Shown: positions 56,774-64,000 of the stretch, piece by piece
Layout of the letters: the number at the start of each line of letters is the position of its first letter
How positions within the stretch are numbered: the first letter of the stretch is position 1
DNA from: the human T2T-CHM13v2.0 reference genome, Homo sapiens
DNA: 64,000 nucleotides
Assembly: GCF_009914755.1 (NCBI RefSeq)
Contig: NC_060938.1
Strand: one strand, 5' to 3'
Made by a program: the position numbers and the translations under genes
The notes under the pieces: generated by a model
What the model saw: the letters and a program-made list of their open reading frames with translations, nothing else
Databases searched by the model: none
What the model was told of the DNA's origin: nothing

Positions 56774-56987
56774 CAAACTTGTCCAACCTGTGGCCCACAG
56801 CCCACATGTGGCCCAGGATGGCTTTGAATGCAGCCCAACACAGATTCATAAATTTTCTTAAAATTTTTTAATGATTTTTTTTAAAGTTCGTCAGCTATCA
56901 TTAGTTTTAGCATATTTTATGTGTGGCCCAATACAATCCTTATTCTCCCAATGTGGCCCAGGGAACCCAAAAGATTAGATACTCCTG
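56774..56987. mobile_element. MER30-like hAT (Charlie) MITE
   Basis: caaacttgtccaacc...gattagatactcctg; 8-bp TSD cttta(g/a)ac. Confidence 0.85.
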
Positions 56988-57424
56988 CTTTAAACCCAAG
57001 TAATATAAGGTCCTTCCCAGGGTTGTGCACTTTAGATGACTCTGTATCGTGATCCTACTTAGCTCTATCCCATAGGACAAGACATTCATTAGCACAAGGG
57101 GTCTTTTCTAGGCCACAGTAGGTTGGTTGAGGCACTGGAATTCCCTGACCCAATGTCTCTGAATCCATTTCTGTTCTTGCACAGGCTTCTTCTTCAGTTG
57201 ACCTCTCGAAGTCTCGGAGGAATGGCCATTTGTCGGGGTATGTGGGGAAGCAGGTATGTGGGAATGAATGGAGCTTGGATTTAAGGGCTGTGTTCACACA
57301 GAAGTGTGTAAGGCCCTTCATATTGAAAACAGAGCTGGGATGGGAACAGAAGGGGTGAAGTCTAGGGGTCTACAGTCATATCCTTGTCTCAGGCCCTGCA
57401 AATTTCAGAGATGAGCTTTAGAGA

Positions 57425-57427
<3 letters not shown>

Positions 57428-57489
<62 letters not shown>
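57428..57489. repeat. (GT)24(GA)7 microsatellite
   Basis: Direct count. Confidence 0.95.
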
Positions 57490-59856
57490 TGCAATACTCG
57501 CATTCGTAATTTTAGGTTCTTGTAATTACATTCTTATTTTTTAGGGAAAGGAAAGCTGAAGCTTCTGAAAGAACTTGATAGGGTCAGATCAGGGAGCTCT
57601 CTTTGATTTCATTGTGCTCTGATATGAAGTGAGCACACACAGGCACAGTGAAAGAAAAGAGAGATGCTGAATGCTAAGACCATTATAATTGCCATAGGGA
57701 AACCAAAGCTGCTGTTTTAGCTTGAGTTAAAAAAAGCAAAACTGTCCAGTTCCATGAGCCTTTCGATGTGGCTACTGAGGCAGCTCCTGTGTTTCCATCC
57801 TCCCTCATGTATCCTTACAATTAACCCCAATTCCCTGAGGCTCCATTCTGTTTCTTGCAAATTCTGTTTCTAACACAGCTGTCTAGGGGAATAATTATCC
57901 CCAACACCACTGCCGCTTTCCTCATGCCTACAGAGACCCACAGCTAAGATGTTATGAGAGATTCCTGTGTTTGGGTTTAAAGTTTGTAAAATCAAAGCAC
58001 TTTAACAAACTACAAATCTGCTCCCTGTTCCCTTCAGCTGGTAGGAGGCAAATGCGATGAAAGACTCCTGCTTGCTTTGCAGATGGAGAAACTGACCTGG
58101 GGGAAGTTCACTGGCCGGAATCAATGAGTGAATATCCAAACGGCCCAAGGTGCCTGTTTGACCCCAGATCGTTCCTTCATCTGTGCATTTATGCTCCTTG
58201 ACTGTACATGTTAAGTGAACAAGTTCTTGGTCTATTCTGGAAGTTTGGTAAAAAAAAAAAAAAGAAAAAAAAAAAATTACAGTGTCTACTTCAAGTCTTT
58301 TCTCTGTTTTGTTTTTCTGGGTTTTGGTTGCTTTTGCAAAGCACTGAGCAATTCATCTTATTGACCTGCCACAGAGGCCTATCCTTTCCCTCACAGTTCT
58401 AATTTCTATCTCCTGTTGAGAACCATTGTGTGAAGGTATTGTTAGGTTTCCATGCCCACTCAATCCCTAGCCTCTCTTCTTAAACCGCCAACTGCGCCAA
58501 TTAGTACCACATGTGGTGTGAGTTTGCAGCGTGGTTATTGCTGCCAACTCCTCAAAATGTGGCCAAAATGCAAATTGGCCTATAGACAAGTTTTTGGGTG
58601 TGAGTTCAGGGGGAAAAGTTTAAGTATCACAGCAGCGTAAATATCAGTTCTTTCATTCCTTGAAGCTCCTGGCATGCTTTATAGCTTTAAAGTGAAATAT
58701 GTAAAAAGACCTGGAATGTTCCAAAAGAGAAAAATATGGGAAAATGCTGAAATCAAATAAAATTGGAAGAATAAATCATTTAAAACTTAGTTGAAGCACA
58801 TTAAAGAAAGAGAAGAAGGGTGCCTGGAGTTTCAAGTCTGTAATTGGTTATCATCCCAATGAAAACCACTGAAGTTTCCCCATTAATGGCAAATCAAGCA
58901 CTAGTTACATCTCTCAGCCTCTTTGAATCTCTTTTTTTCTTGTGTTTTTTCAATTACAAGTCCCACTGTTTGTGTCAGGAGTCATTCTTGTGACTACTTT
59001 AATCTCATCACTATTTCCCTGTGTCTTCCTCACCATGGATGTGTTCTACCACCTTCAAATGTAACAAATTCCTCAGAGTTTATTGCCACATTTTCTGCTG
59101 TGATAGTTCTGTCTTAAGGCCGAGCTCAAATCTGGCTCTATTGACCCCCTAGATTTAACAAAGACCCTTGACAAGATTTCCTATTCATCTATGCCCCAGG
59201 CTGTGGAAGTGTGTGTACAGAAATGACACAAATGGATACTATTATAGGTCAGAAACTCTCTTAGGCACTTTATTGTATCAGAGGAGCCTTGATTTCATGA
59301 TCAAGTAATTCCTATAAGGTAATTTTTGTTTTCCCCATTATAAAATGAAGAAACTGAAGTTTTATGAGGGAAAGAAATTTGTTTTCATTCATACAGCTAC
59401 AAAGGGGGTAAATCTCATATTCAGACCTGGTTCTGTCTCATTCACTAAATGATACTATCATGTAAGACAAGAAGGATCATAGAGAATGCAATCTATAAGT
59501 CATTACCATGTACCAGGCATAATGTTAGATGCTTTACATACATTTTTACTAACCCTTACTATAAAACTGAAGGTATTACCTACAAGATGGGCTCAGGAAG
59601 GTTAAATGATTTGCCCAAGGCCAGACAAACAAAAGTTGCAGAAATGAAGTCTAATACAAGGTCAGCTGACCTATGCAATCTCTGCTCTTTTCATTGCAGT
59701 AAACTTTCTGCCCCCAAAAGAGGCCCTTATTGCCTGTTAGACACACTCATTATTGATTTCCTTCACCTCTCTGGAGGAGTCCAGTGCAATACGAATTGCC
59801 TGGTCCATCATTTGGGGAGTCACAGCTCCAACATGTCCTCTTAAGAAGCTATCTAC

Positions 59857-60162
<306 letters not shown>

Positions 60163-61080
60163 TCACCACTCATAAGCTTAGTTCTCATTTTTAACTTTTA
60201 GGAGAATGGTTAATACACCCTTCAGGAACCTCACTACCATAAAATAAGCAGAAGACATTCAGTCCCTGAACACTGGTTCCCACATTGCTATGAGATTGTG
60301 TTTCCCCAGTCTTTTCACTTGTATGAAGTTCTTGTGCAAATAGAGTCATTCAGGGGGAAACATTCCCATGCCTTCTTTCTACCTGCTGGTCACCAACCAT
60401 TAAACAACCATATGTAGGCTCACCTTATTACATCACTTGATGAGACATATTTATAGTTGTGTTGGCCAATTAGCTTTTTGGCCAAATCAGAATTAAGATG
60501 TATCTCTATATTTCTTCTGTTCATCATGCCAATGAGTTGTCCAGATCATAATTTGGGCTTTCACAAGAAAAGAAAACAAACAAACAAACAAAAAAAACAA
60601 TGTGCTGACCAGATCCGCTAACTTCCCAAATGTATCAAACATTCATCCTAAGATTTAAAAAGGTCATTTCTGATCCAGCTGGTTTAGTCAGTGACCTGAG
60701 CTCTGTGCATATCCCATTACCAACGCCCAGCAGCACAAACCACAGTCTGTCTAAGTATTTGCATGGAAAACAACCCTAACCAAAGATTACGCATTTCGGG
60801 CTGGGAAAGGCAATCCATTCCATTTAAAAACATCTGCCAGAAAGGTCAGACGCAGGCTGGCCAGTTTCTGGTCTTCCATTCTAGAGATTGCTTTGGTTGC
60901 AAATACTGTGTCCAAGGGAAACTAAATTTCGAAGAGAGCACAACTTCAGGGAGAAATCTTTGACAGTTAACTCAGATTCAGTTCAAACTAAGATTTCAGA
61001 GACTTTTTTCAAAGGCATTGGGCCAGAGTTTTTAAGCAAGTGAGAGAATTTATTACTTTTATTCAAATACACAGAAAAAT

Positions 61081-61146
61081 GAGAGTGAGAGCGAGAGAGA
61101 GAGAGAGAGAGAGAAAGAGGGAGAGAGAAAGAAAGAGAGAGAGAGA
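61081..61146. repeat. (GA)n purine tract
   Basis: gagagtgagagcgagagagagagag... Confidence 0.9.
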
Positions 61147-62149
61147 AATATTACTGTTAGTTCACCTTAAATTCAGGAGTTTGCTCTCTTTTCTGTAAAG
61201 GCATAAAGAAATTGTTTTCAGTTAACCAATATGCTGCCAGCAAAATATGAAGCATTTGATTTATTTTTTTCTTTTTGTGAAAAGCTATGCTACCACTCAA
61301 GTTAGTTTAAAATAAAGTTCCTCAAAATAATATGCAGTTTAAGCAATGAAAACAACAGAGACTATCAGTTTCCATTTCAGGGTGGTGGAATGAAACATTC
61401 CTTCAACTTGGGGTCAGTGAACACATACTGTTACAATTCCATACAAGCCTGTGCCCCCAAAGAGCTCGTTTCCCTGATCTGATCTACCCAGAGATGGATC
61501 TGTCGGGGAAATCCATTACCAATCTCCCAGCAATGCTAAATAAAGTGAACCACTCAGGACAGCACACTGCACATGTACAAGAATCAAAACCTACTACTAT
61601 TTATTGGCTACTAAGATAAAGTTCCTTTTATGATCCGCAAATATGGCTTTAATTTAGCGAGGTTTATTTTGAATTGGTGGGGAGGGATGGGGGATAAAGG
61701 GAGAGGGGGACTTTCAGAGCACTCACACGTAAAGGGAACAGCAAGTTTCCACTAATGGGCTTTCAGCTGGTTTTACCAAAAAGAGAGGAACACCAATCCA
61801 GTAATCTTTCTTGCACAGATCGGATTCCTGTCTCTGCATTTCCACCTGTAGTAAGGGCTGAATCCAGAGGTGCCTTATCTTCAGGTTGCTGGGAAACAAC
61901 ATCTATCGTCTACCTTTTTATTTGGACTGTTTTCACTGTTATGCTAATTACAATCTAGAGCAAATGCTTGATCCATCAAAGTGAAGCCATAGGATTTGTT
62001 TCCCTTATGTTTAAGGATGGGCTTCAGTTCACATGGGTGTTGTTACGATGGTTATTAAGGTATTCTGCATCCATTAGAAGTATTAGCATAGTTACTATTT
62101 CTTGGATGTATATCTGCATTGTGATTTGAAGCTCAGTGTGCTACCAGAG

Positions 62150-62650
62150 TGTGGTAGATTATAGATGAAAGACAGCTACAAGTTCTTCGAGAAATGGAGT
62201 CTAACTCCACTCCCCTGGGGCTGGCCTAGGTGACTTGTTCCACTAATAGGATGTGAAGGAAGTAATGGTCGGACATTCCAGGTTTAGGCTGTAAGAAGGC
62301 TGGCAGGTTCCCCTCCGGTCTTTTGGAATTCTTGCCCCAGTGTTTCTTGCACTGCCATGTAAGAAGTTCACAAGTGCCCACCTTGGACCAAGACCATCAA
62401 GGTATAGGTTCCTGGCTCAGCATTCTAAGCTGAGTCCAGCATTTGTGGGCATCCCTGTAAAGATGCCAGACATGGTTTATATCTACTGGACCAGCCTGTC
62501 TACCTGCTGAATACCACCAAGTTGAAAACACCTGGAGCAGGAAAAACTTCCCAGCTCACCTGTCACCTCAGGAACCATGACAGTAGTAATCATTGTTTTA
62601 AACCATTAATTTTGGAAATGTTTGTTAAGAAGGAACAGATAACTGAATCT
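62150..62650 (+). mobile_element. MLT1H/G-like MaLR LTR
   Basis: tgtggtagatt...gtgacttg...gccatgtaagaagt...cagataactgaa. Confidence 0.6.
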
Positions 62651-63249
62651 CGCATAATTCAACAATGGAAGTGCACTACTTTATATGCTGGAATGGTCAT
62701 CTGGTTCTTGTGTCTTTTTTTGCCTTTTTTTTTTTTTATTCTTTGAATCTCAGATCAATTGTTACTCCCTCTGAAAGACTCTCCTGCCTCTGCCTCGCCT
62801 CTGCCTAGAACAAATTAGATCCTTGATCTTTCTTTTAAGCCCTCCTCCCTCAAATTCAGTTCACTGAGGGTAGGTAATTTTTAAATTGATTAAACATTTA
62901 TTCATGCAAGAAACATTTACTGTATACCTACAAGTATAAATCATGATGTTCGCTGATGGAAAAATTGTGAAAACATTTTCTTTGCTGTACTTACCCCTCA
63001 GACCTAGCACATGCATAGTTGGAGTTTGATACATGTCAATTTTTGCTAACTCCAAACTGTAGAGGTGCTGGCTTTGCTTGCAGCTAACTGGTTTGATCTG
63101 AATTGCTACTCCTACTGTTGCAAAGTAGCGATCAGAAATGCTGATAGCAAATATAACAAAGTTCAAATTTTGACTCTGCCAAATATAAGACATGTGACTG
63201 AATCAAACTTTCTTTTGCTTTCTTTCAGAATAAAAGTAACTTGCTGAAA

Positions 63250-63430
63250 CCAGAAGGCTTGGGGGTTAAATCCCAGCTCAGTTGCATCTTTGTAGTTTGT
63301 CAGTTTCCCATGGGTAAAGTGGGACTAATATCCACCTCCTAGGGTGGTTATGATAATTAAATGAGTTAATACATAAAGTGGCTTAAAACAGAGCCCTATA
63401 CACAGTAAGCACTGTAGAAGTATTTGTTAA
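63250..63430. mobile_element. MIR fragment
   Basis: aaatcccagctc...cagtttcccatgggtaaagtggg...attaaatgagttaatacataaagtg. Confidence 0.7.
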
Positions 63431-63846
63431 ACGAAATTATTTTAAGATGTACTCTTTAGGATAGAACCCGGTATATAATGGGAAGGATGAAAAATACTAT
63501 TTTTCACGCCATTTTTTTTTTTTGCCCTTTTGAGCCACTTTTCACTTAAAAGGAAATAGCAGATTTATACATTTTTATATTTTTAATTTTAAGTAATGTG
63601 TGAGTTGCAAAATAATTTTGTTTCATACTACATGCCAAATGTATGTAAGTGAGCCAAGTGATTTGTTTATCCAAGAGCACACCTGTTAATTCAGGATTAG
63701 CTTATGGTAAAGACACTCACATGGGCATTAGCCCAATGATTTTTAATTCTCTCTCTTTCTCTCTCTTTTTTCTTTTTAAATCATCTCATTTATTATTGGT
63801 TTGCAAATCTAATACTATTGAATGGCAGTTAAGTGATATTTGATCA

Positions 63847-64000
<154 letters not shown>

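Overview
Primate (human-like) non-coding DNA, AT-rich and about half interspersed repeats. I find no intact host protein-coding gene, and the short ORFs are repeat-derived or chance. Main landmarks: (1) a complete two-LTR HERV-H provirus on the minus strand (28188-34359) with a 5-bp TSD ATAAC, tRNA-His PBS, intact major splice donor and the usual pol/env deletions; (2) a full-length Hsmar1 mariner (51957-53270) whose transposase start is disrupted by a fold-back templated insertion; (3) many Alu, L1, L2, MaLR, ERVL and ERV1 LTR and DNA-transposon relics, several nested. The most unusual object is a ~570-bp TSD-flanked insertion at 11088-11659. On the minus strand it reads as a spliced chimeric transcript (MLT2A LTR first exon -> unique sequence + L1PB 5' end -> spliced L1PB 5'UTR) with no poly(A) tail, i.e. 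a probable retrocopy of an LTR-promoted lncRNA. Repeat family names come from my recollection of consensus sequences and need RepeatMasker/Dfam confirmation.
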